DNA of 63,706 nt, filler included, from Lenisia limosa (taxonomy: Eukaryota > Protista > Breviatea): NCBI GenBank assembly GCA_001655205.1. It is 13 parts of 13 records of this genome, joined end to end, with 100 filler letters (N's around TTAATTAATTAA, not from the genome) between each part and the next. Parts side by side here need not be neighbours in the genome. Positions count along the whole stretch, not along the records: positions 47,227 to 51,559 come from LPNZ01005536.1; positions 51,660 to 54,709 come from LPNZ01009814.1; positions 54,810 to 56,627 come from LPNZ01007034.1; positions 56,728 to 62,050 come from LPNZ01006303.1; 9 more parts are not named here. The stretch is one strand, 5' to 3'. The stretch's first letter is position 1; each line of letters begins with the position of its first letter. Shown in pieces: positions 50,301 to 60,817 of the stretch. Under the pieces are notes generated by a model, which saw only the letters and a list, made by a program, of their open reading frames with translations, was not told the DNA's origin and searched no databases. The translations under genes were made by a program, and so were the position numbers.

Positions 50301-51559
50301 ACGTGGTCCCGGCTGTCAGGCGCGGGGGAGTTATNNNNNNNNNNNNNNNNNNNNNNNNNNNNNNNNNNNNNNNNNNNNNNNNNNNNNNNNNNNNNNNNNN
50401 NNNNNNNNNNNNNNNNNNNNNNNNNNNNNNNNNNNNNNNNNNNNNNNNNNNNNNNNNNNNNNNNNNNNNNNNNNNNNNNNNNNNGGATAATATTATTGTA
50501 AGTGAAGGAAGGCAGCATATTAATTAGCTTCTTCAGTTCATTTCAGTTCAGTTCATTATATATAGGTTATCCAAGAGGCTTGCGTTATGCAGAGTGATTT
50601 GGTAGGGTTCACACCCTTCACCCGTGCCAGACACCCAAAAGAGGTAAGTTGCCTTTTGGGATGAAATTGAAAGTTGTTTGGTTTTTTTACAATTTTCCAT
50701 TCCCCATCCTTATTTCACCCCCCCCCCCCAGGTATTCCAGTTTTTGAACATGATGTTTTCTGCATTTGATCGACTAGCCGTCGAAATGAACCTCATCAGA
50801 GTAGCCACTATTGGTGGGGGGGGCAGTATTAACAAGCAAAATCCAATATCTCTTATAAGCGTGANNNNNNNNNNNNNNNNNNNNNNNNNNNNNNNNNNNN
50901 NNNNNNNNNNNNNNNNNNNNNNNNNNNNNNNNNNNNNNNNNNNNNNNNNNNNNNNNNNNNNNNNNNNNNNNNNNNNNNNNNNNNNNNNNNNNNNNNNNNN
51001 NNNNNNNNNNNNNNNNNNNNNNNTATCTGGCGATGGCGCGAGGCGGCGACGCGTTTGACTTAGGCAGCCCCGCAGCCGCAACCACGCAGTTCTCTCTCAC
51101 CACCATTAAGGCCCTCAAGAAAGTCGCTTTTAAGGTATGGCGGTTGCCTTTTATGGTATGTTCGGGCATTTTATTGCCCCCACCTCTCCCATTTCACCGT
51201 CACGCTCTAGTCCGGGCTGGAAGCAGGGGAAGTTGAGCTGCGTATTGGAGTGGCGGCAGGCCCCATTTGGGGCGGTGTAATCGGACTCGCGTCTCCAAGG
51301 TGACAGGCAATCATTATTTCCAGTATTTCGAAAGTTTCACCAATATTTTTCGTCATTTTTGTTTCAACTTTATAATGAGAATAAGCTAGCTTGATTGTGT
51401 TGAGAAGGGTTCGGCCAGATTCTACTTTGTTGTTTTGTTTCTCATTTCTACTGGTACAACTCCTGATGAAAGTTGGGATTTTCCAATTTTACCCCGCTAG
51501 ATACCTTATTTTCGGCCCCACGCCGGGCCGGGCCGAGCTGTGCGAGCAAACGTCCCTCC
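47301..51559 (+). CDS. Membrane-associated class III adenylate/guanylate cyclase, partial
   Basis: Hydrophobic exons, then KVLAALLPAHVVPAV, VMQSDLVGFTPFTRARHPKE/VFQFLNMMFSAFDRLAVEMNLIRVATIG, YLAMA, ELRIGVAAGPIWGGVIGLASP/RYLIFGPT. These match the class III cyclase motifs DIVGFT, TIGD, LRIG..GP..GVVG..PRY..FG. Confidence 0.9.
49115..49213. mobile_element. MITE family B2 (about 100 bp, TIR GGGCTTCCCTACGGTC, TA flanks), representative copy
   Basis: TA-GGGCTTCCCTA...GGAAGCCC-TA with the same internal core as B1. Other copies at about 3226-3325, 18270, 21050, 21410-21498, 22598-22697, 23864-23962, 25625-25696, 26260-26346, 34272-34360, 52964-53060, 54981-55080 and 56061-56163. Confidence 0.9.
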
Positions 51560-52486
51560 NNNNNNNNNNNNNNNNNNNNNNNNNNNNNNNNNNNNNNNNN
51601 NNNTTAATTAATTAANNNNNNNNNNNNNNNNNNNNNNNNNNNNNNNNNNNNNNNNNNNNTTAAGCATTTGAGAAACACATGGGTTGAAAAAACAAAAAAA
51701 AAGACCAAACAAAAAAGACCAAACAAAAAAGACCAAACAAAAACAGACCAGGTGGCGAAAAGGTTAATATTGTAAAAATGGATTATTCATTCCAGTGGAG
51801 TGAGGGGGTGGAGAGAGGAAGACAATTTCGAGCGCCAAGGTACTTATCACGAAACGAATAGCCAAGCTGATGGAGGGGGAGTAAAATTGGACAATTTATG
51901 AAAAAAAGCTTAGATCAACTCTGTTGGCCAACAACACAAGAGGGTTGATAACATCAAAACAAACAAAGCCCAGGCAAATCGCTTCTGCAGTACCGCATTT
52001 CATCGTAACTATGGAATATTGTGCGTGCGGCAGTAAGATACAATTGTGACTTACCAATTTCATGAAGGGGATGCTTGTCATGCCATTCATGCAACTCCTT
52101 TACCTCGTCTAAATAGTATCAAATTGTGTCTATATGATATATTGTCAATCTACCATGTTAAGATGCCTAAAATTAAAAACTAATTCATGAAATCATTTGC
52201 TAATAATTCTTGCATAAGTAGGGCTTTACTCTGCTCTATCAAAAGACCCGTAAAATATGGATACTGTTCGAGGGAGAATTCCGCCTTTTTTGTATCCTCT
52301 CAAAAGCCGTCTCTCACCCTCAGTTAGTATGGTCCTTGAGAAATGAACAAATTCGCCATGTGACACTCTTCGAGCGTCCTGAATGATTGTGAGTAAGATG
52401 TTCGGTATAATCCTGAGAATTATATAGTATAACCAAGTGACAGAGAGGAAATTTACCAATTAATTACACGGGGTCATTGTGAATTG

Positions 52487-52567
52487 TACAATGACTGGAG
52501 AAATCTTGACCGATTTACCATATGATTTCCCAAGGAAAATCGCTCAAGACTTATCCTGGCCACTGTA
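52487..52567. mobile_element. MITE family C (about 80 bp, TIR CAGTGACCGGGATAAGTCTTGA, TA flanks), representative copy
   Basis: Palindromic TA-CA(G/A)TGAC..GGATAAGTCTTGACCGATTT...AAATCG.TCAAGACTTATCC.GG.CACTG-TA. Other copies at about 88-152, 314-375, 24033-24095, 43608-43668, 44983-45052, 54008-54082 and 56492-56567. Confidence 0.85.
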
Positions 52568-53352
52568 TATTAGAACAAACTTGAGCATTGTATAAGATAT
52601 GAAGAGATGAGGAAAAATCAAAGTGGTATCTGTCCGAATCCGTCCACAAGCGTCTCAGAGATATTGGTTTTACAATATTAAGTCACCCAATCATTTGCCT
52701 TATCCAGATGTGATCGACAATTCGGTCTTTTTCCGGAAAGGAGGAAATAAATAACTTGGAACATTCAGAAGTACCCAAAAAAGCATACGTTTTCGCCCAG
52801 CTTTAACGGGCACAAACGACTTGACAAGCTCATTGTGTCACTAAAACAGTCAAAATACTATTTCAATTCTTCTTTCGTTTTTCACAGTATTGCGAGTATC
52901 ATCTAGCAAGCTCCAATAAAAACTAGGTTCATTAAAAAACCAATAGGGTCGGTTTGAGTATTACTAGGGCTTCCTACGGCCGAAAAAGACTGGAAAAATA
53001 TCGATATTTACCGAGAAATTATCAAGAAATTCAGTCTATTTTGGGACCGAAGGGAAGTTTTTTTAAGTATCACACACTTGCTTATCTTTTCATGATACTT
53101 ACCAAAAAGGGCTTGCCCAACTTACCAAAAGAAGAAGCAACCTAAGTTGTCCAAACGATGCTTGACAGAAAAATGATCGCGAAGTTCAAGTGCAAACGCT
53201 GGCTAAAAACGGTCAAATTAAAAGTTGCTTTGTTGTTGCCCGCACCAAAAAAATGAACAACCCTACTCTGTAGTGATTGATCAATATAGTATCCCTTTAT
53301 TATGAGCAAAAAGTGATTTTTCGCGTTTATTGTGTCAGTAAAAAATGCATCA

Positions 53353-53457
53353 TTGGGGTTCTGTGATGTCAGGTTTTCATTGGGATTCTGTAATGTCGGG
53401 TTTTCACTGGGGTTCTGTGATGTTGGGTTTTCATTGGGGTTCTGTGATAGCGGGTTT
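53353..53457. repeat. Tandem repeat, about 21-bp unit (GGGTTCTGTGATGTCGGGTTTTCA(T/C)TG-like)
   Basis: Four to five diverged copies inside an intron. Confidence 0.8.
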
Positions 53458-53507
53458 TAGTAGAGTATTGAAGAGTTCAATAAAAATTCACGGAAATCAA
53501 ACATAGG

Positions 53508-54557
53508 GGTAGGCAGATCCACGTACCTTATGTGCGGCCTCATGGTGAATGTGACTATCTTGTGGCGTGGGTGGGAGAGGTGGGATGTAAACAGATTCTG
53601 TGGGGGGGGGGGGGGNNNNNNNNNNNNNNNNNNNNNNNNNNNNNNNNNNNNNNNNNNNNNNNNNNNNNNNNNNNNNNNNNNNNNNNNNNNNNNNNNNNNN
53701 NNNNNNNNNNNNNNACAGCACAATTTTATCTGAAGAAATACATGAAGGTTGAAGGTTTTTTGACAACATACAGCATCAAACCCAGGGTTTTACTTCGGTT
53801 CGAAAAAGTCTAGGAAAATATTGATAGTTTTAGTTTTTTTTTTGAACCGAGGTGAAGCCCTAGGTATATCCCTTCAATATTAGAATTAATCACAACACTG
53901 AATGAATATTGGAGCTTCACTTTCAGTTCAAAAAGACACCGATTTGTTAAAATGGCAATAATTGGGGGATTTATTAAGAATTCTGTCGTGAACCAAAAGT
54001 GAAGATCCAGTGACCAGGATAAGTCTTGATCGATTTTCCTTGGAAACTCATCCAGCGAATCGGTCAAGATTATCCCGGTCATATATCAAAAATCTAATCT
54101 CCCTTCTCAGGGAAAAAGAATTGGATGACAACCACAATGATTGAATAAAAAACATACCTTCTTCTTCATAATCATTAGAAACCGGAATGTCTTGAACGTC
54201 ATTATTTTCCGGCTCCGAGCATTCTTCCGATGCTTCCGAGGTGTAGGAAGCCTCGTAATCATCGGAAGCTTCGGTGGTATAATAGGGCTTTTCCTCCGGT
54301 TCATTTCGCTCCAGTTTGGGGGGAGGTGTTGTTTTCATCGTTAAGTGTTCAAAGGCAATGGAGGCTTCCTCCTAAATGGTCAAATTTTACTTTATTGTTA
54401 AAAAACGCAACCAACAAACCTTCCTTCTTTGCTCCTCCTCCTGCTCCATTTCAAGCTTCTTCAGCAAATGCCGCAAGCGTCTCTCCACTTTCTTCTCGGC
54501 TATTTCGGCTGCAATCCGGTCCTCTTCCTCCTCCGCTGAAGACGCATTGTACTTCAC
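53508..54557 (-). CDS. Hypothetical acidic protein, internal exons
   Basis: VKYNASSAEEEEDRIAAEIAEKKVERRLRHLLKKLEMEQEEEQRRK/EEASIAFEHL...NDYEEE/ESVYIPPLPPTPQDSHIHHEAAHK, phases consistent. Confidence 0.65.
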
Positions 54558-55164
54558 TCTGGGAGGGAGAGTAAAACAAAGGAAATTTCGATGAAGATGG
54601 ACTCAGAATCTGGGGGTTATGGGGTAAATGAAGGTATTTCGATAAGTTGTTGGGGTAAAGGTACAAATGGGGGTAAAAATGACAACTTTTATGAAGGGAC
54701 ATGTACATCNNNNNNNNNNNNNNNNNNNNNNNNNNNNNNNNNNNNNNNNNNNNTTAATTAATTAANNNNNNNNNNNNNNNNNNNNNNNNNNNNNNNNNNN
54801 NNNNNNNNNGTGATGGTGTGGACGGCTTAGGCCAGAAACAACCTTTTTTTCTTTTCTTTTCTCATTGCTATACATAATGTATGATGGGTCAAGTCCAACA
54901 CACAGTGTAATCCGTATAAAATATCGTATCCGATTCAGGACTTATCATAAGCAGCAGCTATTAACCCCTTAGCTGATGTCTAGGGCTTCCCTACGGTCTG
55001 AAAAAAGACTGCATTTCTCGATAATTCCTCGATATATATCGATATTTTAACGGGGTTTTTCGGACCGTAGGGAATGCCTACTGATATCCTTTCTTTGAGT
55101 GCCTGAAGGATAATAAAATTTCCAAACTGGCTCATTATAATGATGGGATGCAGTGCTGCAGAAA

Positions 55165-55284
55165 CGACTGGCCTGGGCTTTGTTTGTTTTGTTATTACCA
55201 ACCCTTGTGTGTTGTCAGCCAACATAGTTGATTTGGGTTCTTTTTGTTTCATAAATTTTCCTATTTTACTCCCCCCCCCCCCCC
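55165..55284 (+). repeat. Intron 3'-end module A (about 120 bp, ending in a C-run and AG), representative copy
   Basis: CGACTGGCCTGGGCTTTGTTTG..CAACCCTTGTGTGTTGTCAGCCAACA(G/T)AGTTGATTTGGGTT..TTTCATAAATTTTCC.ATTTTAC(C)n. Other copies at about 525-615(-), 2282-2350(-), 20712-20809, 35790-35851, 37531-37650, 45105-45169, 47410-47478, 49710-49817 and 51865-51980(-); terminal part only at about 7305-7330. Confidence 0.85.
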
Positions 55285-55412
55285 NNNNNNNNNNNNNNNN
55301 NNNNNNNNNNNNNNNNNNNNNNNNNNNNNNNNNNNNNNNNNNNNNNNNNNNNNNNNNNNNNNNNNNNNNNNNNNNNNNNNNNNNNNNNNNNNNNNNNNNN
55401 NNNNNNNNNNNN

Positions 55413-56310
55413 TGTCAGAATGGCCATGTTGATACGGTACGTTATGGACTATTCGAGAATCTGTAAAGAGATTTATGTAGGTATAAAAGAGATTTATGGA
55501 TACGGTACAGGGGTACAATGGGGCCAGAATGGTCATGTAGACACGATACGGGGGGATATGGGGGTATAATGTGTTTGTGGGGGGATAATGCCCTATTCGT
55601 GATAAGTACCTTTTCGCCAATATTCTTAATCGATATTTCCTTTAGTTCACGAACAGAGATGATTTTGAGCTTTTTTTGTTTCATCGAAATTCCCTTCGTT
55701 TCACCCCCCCCCCCAGGCAAAAACCCTTCTGCAATACCCCGTGGATGTGCACTTTTCCTCGGAGNNNNNNNNNNATGAGTAAACAATATCTTGGGTTGTT
55801 TTATATGCAGCTATCAAATAGATAGTTTACCAGATATGTATCATCATCACGCTTTAAGAGATAGTAAAATATTAATTCACCAACCTATGTATTCACGATT
55901 TGATCAGCACGATTATTATATTATGTATGCTGTGGCGCACAGAAAGCTATTTGCACAGAGTTGTTAGGCAAATGATTGAAAATTAATATTAGCGTGAAGG
56001 TGTGGATGCCTTCGGCCAGATACACTCTTGTTTTTTCATATACCGGTATATCTATTATATCTAGGGCTTTCCCACGGTCCCAAAAATAAAGACTGAATTT
56101 CTGATAAACTCTCGAAAAATATCTATATTTTGACGGTCTTTTTCGGACAGTAGGGAAGCCCTGATTATATCATATACTAAACTATCTTGCCCAATTACTC
56201 CCCCCCCCCCCAAGTGTGGGTTCTCTAGCGTCGTATCAATGATAGTCGAGCACTGCAATCCCTTCCCTCCCTCCGACTGCCTCTCCAATGCTCTTCTCGC
56301 AGCCGGCCAG
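55413..56310 (+). CDS. Ankyrin-repeat protein, internal exons
   Basis: CQNGHVDT/AKTLLQYPVDVHFSSE and CGFSSVVSMIVEHC...LSNALLAAGQNG, which are ANK-type A(C/G)QNGH motifs. Confidence 0.7.
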
Positions 56311-56767
56311 AATGGGCTTCGTCCCCAAAAGAGACCGAAATTATATCATAGCATATACTAACTGTTATACCTGAGGCTTCACTTCGGTGGAAAATATCGA
56401 TAGTTTTCGAGGATTTATCGAGAGAGTGTTTTTTTTCGAACCGAAGTGAAGGCCTAGTTATTCCCTTGTCGTCTTTGACATGGATGTCTGCGACTGGAAT
56501 AAGTCTTGACCGAATTACCTTGGGGAACACCAGAGCAAATCGATCAAGAGTTATCCCGGTCACTGTATTTTTATATATATATATATATGATATAGATACT
56601 AAACTGTTACAGCCCCCCCCCCCCCAANNNNNNNNNNNNNNNNNNNNNNNNNNNNNNNNNNNNNNNNNNNNTTAATTAATTAANNNNNNNNNNNNNNNNN
56701 NNNNNNNNNNNNNNNNNNNNNNNNNNNAAACGCAAGATCTTCGGGACTCAAGTCCATTTCTTCGGCT

Positions 56768-58385
56768 TCAATGGTGTCTTTCAAACGTTTGATTCCTGCT
56801 GTGAAAGTGCCTGTGCGAACGCAATATTTCCTTCCGCCTTGAGCTGCTGGGTCTCGATGGTAATGTGAACTTTACCCAGAAGTGAGCATTCCAACATTTT
56901 GGGCCAAGCAGGGGTACGGTGATACACATTTGGTGACATTCATGTTCACCTCTGTGAACAAGTGCGTGAGGTAGGGCCTGTTTGGAAGGGTAGCCATCCG
57001 TGGGCAAGGGTCTGAAAGTTGTGCCCTTTTCATAGACACTGGGGTCGATCAGCAGAGGGTTGTAGTCATCGACGGTGTAGCCACAGGACTGAAGTAATGC
57101 TCGAATCACCGCATGTGTTGGCTCGCGGAGAGCTTTTGCAGCAATCTCGGTAAGCTCAGTAGAGGTCATGGTCCTTTGAAAATGAATTATATTAATTGGA
57201 TATATGACTACAAAAACTAGTATGGAACATTATTGTATCAATATAATGCCAAGGTCACCATTAAATAATCATTAGGAGATGTACATGGGACAATTAATGG
57301 ATGTTAGTAATAATTAATAGTGAATGGGATAAAATCAACCGACATACTTGTTAGGAAAATATTTGCAATAGGTGGCGATCTGGCTTCTGATTGATGCATT
57401 AACCTTGGCGTGGTGGAATGAATCCCCAACCTAAAGTACAATGACTAGAGTTATATAGAAATTGGGAATTTTCACAAAACTGACCTGCATGAAGTGGGAA
57501 GTGAAAGCAGGTTCAATCACAAGTATTATTTTATACAAGAGGAAGACAGCCGCAGACACCTAAATAGTAAAAATGAAGAGCAAAAATCATTCAAAGAATG
57601 CAGGTTTGACATTACAAAAACTAATAGCAAGACCCATCATACATCAGCAGAGACATGAACCCTGGCCCCATCAAGCACAACAACGAGAGGGTTTGTCAAA
57701 GTGGATTCCATTCTTTGGTGTAGACGTTCGAATGTCAGCATGATAGCCTCAGAATTGAAGAAAACGCTAGAATTCACTCCAAAAAGTCTCATAACATGCT
57801 TTCGAGCAGCGTTTTGAGCGACAGGACTGGATTCTTCCATTCTGAGTGTCTCTTCAGGTGAGTATTTATTTAACCATTTCACAATCTTATCAATTTTTCT
57901 GATCCAGTATCCGACCTTTGGTCTCCCATCTTCTTTTCTTCTTTCTTCTCCTTGGCAGCAGCCTGTGAAGCTGCAACTTTGTAGATCTGCTCTCCTCCAA
58001 TCATGATAGAAGACTCCATCAGCTGTCCTTCCAATGTACTCAGAGTTAAAGCAGAGGCCATTGGATCACCCTTGACTCCCCCCCAATATGACTTCATCCA
58101 TGCAATTTCGTCGCCGAAAAGTATCCGACTTGGGGGTACGGGGTGCTGTGGGGTAAATTGTTTGAGCAAGCTGATGGCGACTTCAATATTCTTGTATCCT
58201 TTTTTCGAGTCCTTTTCTTCAATATGCTACGTTGTCAAAAGACAATGTTTAAAATAATGTGAATAATCAAGAAAAAAACTCACCTTTTTACACTGATTTC
58301 TAAGCAATTTGTACGTTTTACCAAGGATTTTCACTTTATTAAGGCGTTTGAGAGGTATGTTTCTTTGGTGGAAGCTTCTGTAAAA
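56768..58385 (-). pseudogene. pogo/Tigger-like (DDE_1) transposase-derived gene with introns and at least one frameshift
   Basis: RILFGDEIAW (first D) ...TLSTLEGQLMESSIMIGG... VVVLDGARVH (second D) ...IEPAFTSHFMQ/VGDSFHHAKV (PxxTSHxxQxxD) ...AVIRALLQSCGY. A frameshift lies near 57930-57960. Confidence 0.75.
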
Positions 58386-58714
58386 TCCGGGAAAACAAAT
58401 GGTCGCTTTGATTTAATTGATTAGAAAAACGAAAGAAAAGGGATTCTAAAAGAAACAAGAAAAGTTATGGATGTTGCAAAAGGATTGAAAAAGGTTTTGA
58501 ATCTTGCTCTGTGATAGTTTACTCTTTAGCATGGTATGAAAACTCATGTTTCCCTATTGGTAAGAGAATTGAAGAAAAGTGACAAAGATGGAAGAGGAAG
58601 TGCGACCATTGTGAGACAACAGCTGAAGGACCTTGTTGAATCTTCAAATTTAGACCGAAACCGTCAAATGGCTACCTAAGTATGCTTCATTTTTGATATT
58701 TACCCAATTTTTAG

Positions 58715-59440
58715 CCTGAGAATTGTATTCCTTGTGCAAGAACTTGGAATTCTGGAAATAGACTGATGCGATCAATACTATTTCACGTGGAACAGATGAA
58801 AACAGCGGACATCACAAAGAAAAACAAGGAAGCAGGTCGTCGTTATATGGTTGAAATGACAAAAGAGGCCATTATTTTGAGAATCCTAAATATCTACCGA
58901 AATTTGGCCGATAATCAGCTTGAGCTTGGTAAGTAAAAGTGTCTCTCACTATTTCCAGCAAAATCAGCATTTGATACCTCAATTGACTCGCTTTATACTA
59001 CTTTCATCACCACTGCCAATCGGGAGCTTAGATTTAAGCCATCTTTTGAGACTGCCTTAAAAGAGGTTAGATCTATTTTTTTGCAATAATAATCATCATA
59101 TTTTCAGCTTTTAAACAAACCTTTGAATGCAGTTCAGGCAAATAAACTTATCAAACAATCTGTCGACCGTTTATCTGAGTCAGTTCCTGATTTCGTCATT
59201 GATAATAACAAGGTAACAATGTTCGACGAAATTGCTTTTATGTCTGGTAAATGGGAAGGTGTCAGGAATAAACCCCTAGTGTCAGAAGTATCCATTTCTT
59301 CTATGACAGGTCAAGTTGTCAGTTCCCCCATTATCATCGGAGGAGATTACTGCCTCTCAAACAAAAAGAGGATACGTTTCAGAAGAAGTTTTGAGTTATG
59401 ATCTGATCTATGATTCACATCACTATTCTGTTCGATGAAA
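58715..59440 (+). pseudogene. Second, diverged and truncated paralog of the same DDE-like protein
   Basis: TMFDEIAFMSGKWEGVRNKPLVSEVSISSMTGQVVSSPIIIGGD aligns without gaps to LFGDEIAWMKSYWGGVKGDPMASALTLSTLEGQLMESSIMIGGE of the minus-strand copy. The frame closes at 59401. Confidence 0.7.
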
Positions 59441-59717
59441 ATGTGATGAAGACTCCTCCAAACCTTCTTGAAATAAATTCAGTTCACCTATGAGCAAAAA
59501 GAGGTTAAAGTACAAATTTTTGACTTTCGCTCGACTCTCTTGCACTTTATATACTTAATATTTTAATATAGCATCAAAAACATATCCATCCTGTTTCCGA
59601 ACCGATTTATTACATTTCCTTCGTAGCAACCCCACTTTCAAATCCCCCCGGGGGTAGGGGGTGAACCACCCCTGGTACTTGGAATCTTGGAATCCAGCAT
59701 TCAGCCTCGATCGAAGA

Positions 59718-60817
59718 ATGTCTCAAGGTCAAGATATTAATAAAATCATTGACAAGCTTCTATCAGTGAGAAGGTTTTTTTTTCAGTTTCACCTGTACTC
59801 GAACGTCGAAATATGTTGATTTATTGGAGTCTGATATTAGATTTTTGTGTATACGTGCAAGAGAAATTTTTGTGAGTCAACCTGTTCTCTTGGAACTGGA
59901 AGCTCCTATTAAAATTGTTGGTTTTTTTTATAAAAATTTGAATTAGGTGATATCCATGGGCAATACCTCGATTTATTAAGGCTTTTTGAGTATGGTGGCT
60001 ATCCCCCCTTTGCAAATTATCTATTCCTTGGAGATTATGTCGATAGAGGAGTTAATAGTTTGGACACGATTTGCCTCCTTCTAGCTTATAAAGTGTTTTC
60101 TTTTTGTTAATTTGATCAAATTTCCTGAAAATTTTTTTATGTTACGTGGAAATCATGAATGCTCAGCAGTGAGTAGAATATATGGTTTCTATGAAGAATG
60201 CAGGAGACGCTATAATGCAAAATTATGGAAAACATTTGCTGATTTATTTAATTGTTTACCTTTTGCTGCAATTATTGATGACAAGGTGTGGTTTAATCGT
60301 TTTTGACAATAGATCTTTTGCATTCATGGAGGTCTTTCTCCTGACTTAAAGTCAATGGAACAATTGAGAAGGATTATGAGGCCAACCGATGTTCCTGACG
60401 CTGGACTAATTTGTGATTTATTATGGAGCGATCCTGACCCTGATGTGACTGGATGGGGAGAGAATGACAGAGGAGTATGAGTCTTCTTTTTTTATTTTGG
60501 TTTCATTTACCTTTGGAGAAGATGTTGTCTCCAGGTTTTTGGAAAGACATGATTTCGATTTGCTTTGTCGTGCACACCAAGTGGTTGAAGATGGGTACGA
60601 GTTCTTTGCAAAAAGACAATGTGTGACTTTATTCTCTGCACCCAATTATTGTAATGAGTTTGATAACGCTGGGGCAATGATGACGGTGGATGAAACTCTG
60701 ATGTGCTCTTTTCAAATATTAAAACCTGCTTTGAAGAAACTCAAGTTTAATTCTGGGACAGTGTCTTCCTTGAGACCAGCTACCCCTCCAAGAACCAAGA
60801 AAAAGAAATCAAGGTAG
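59718..60817 (+). CDS. PPP1C: Serine/threonine protein phosphatase 1 catalytic subunit, complete, 6 exons
   Basis: [117 protein letters not shown]. Introns at 59774-59795, 59921-59946, 60093-60114, 60286-60312 and 60475-60499. Confidence 0.97.

Noticed and set aside
59774-59786. 13-nt GT-AG intron as PP1 intron 1
   Set aside because: It is shorter than the shortest spliceosomal introns I know of (about 15-16 nt) and adds three residues relative to PP1 orthologs. It is disfavoured but not excluded without RNA data.
60461-60499. Stop-codon reassignment or readthrough to explain the in-frame TGA and TAA in PP1
   Set aside because: The inserted segments are 22 and 25 nt, so they shift the frame. 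TAA, TAG and TGA all terminate other genes in the window.
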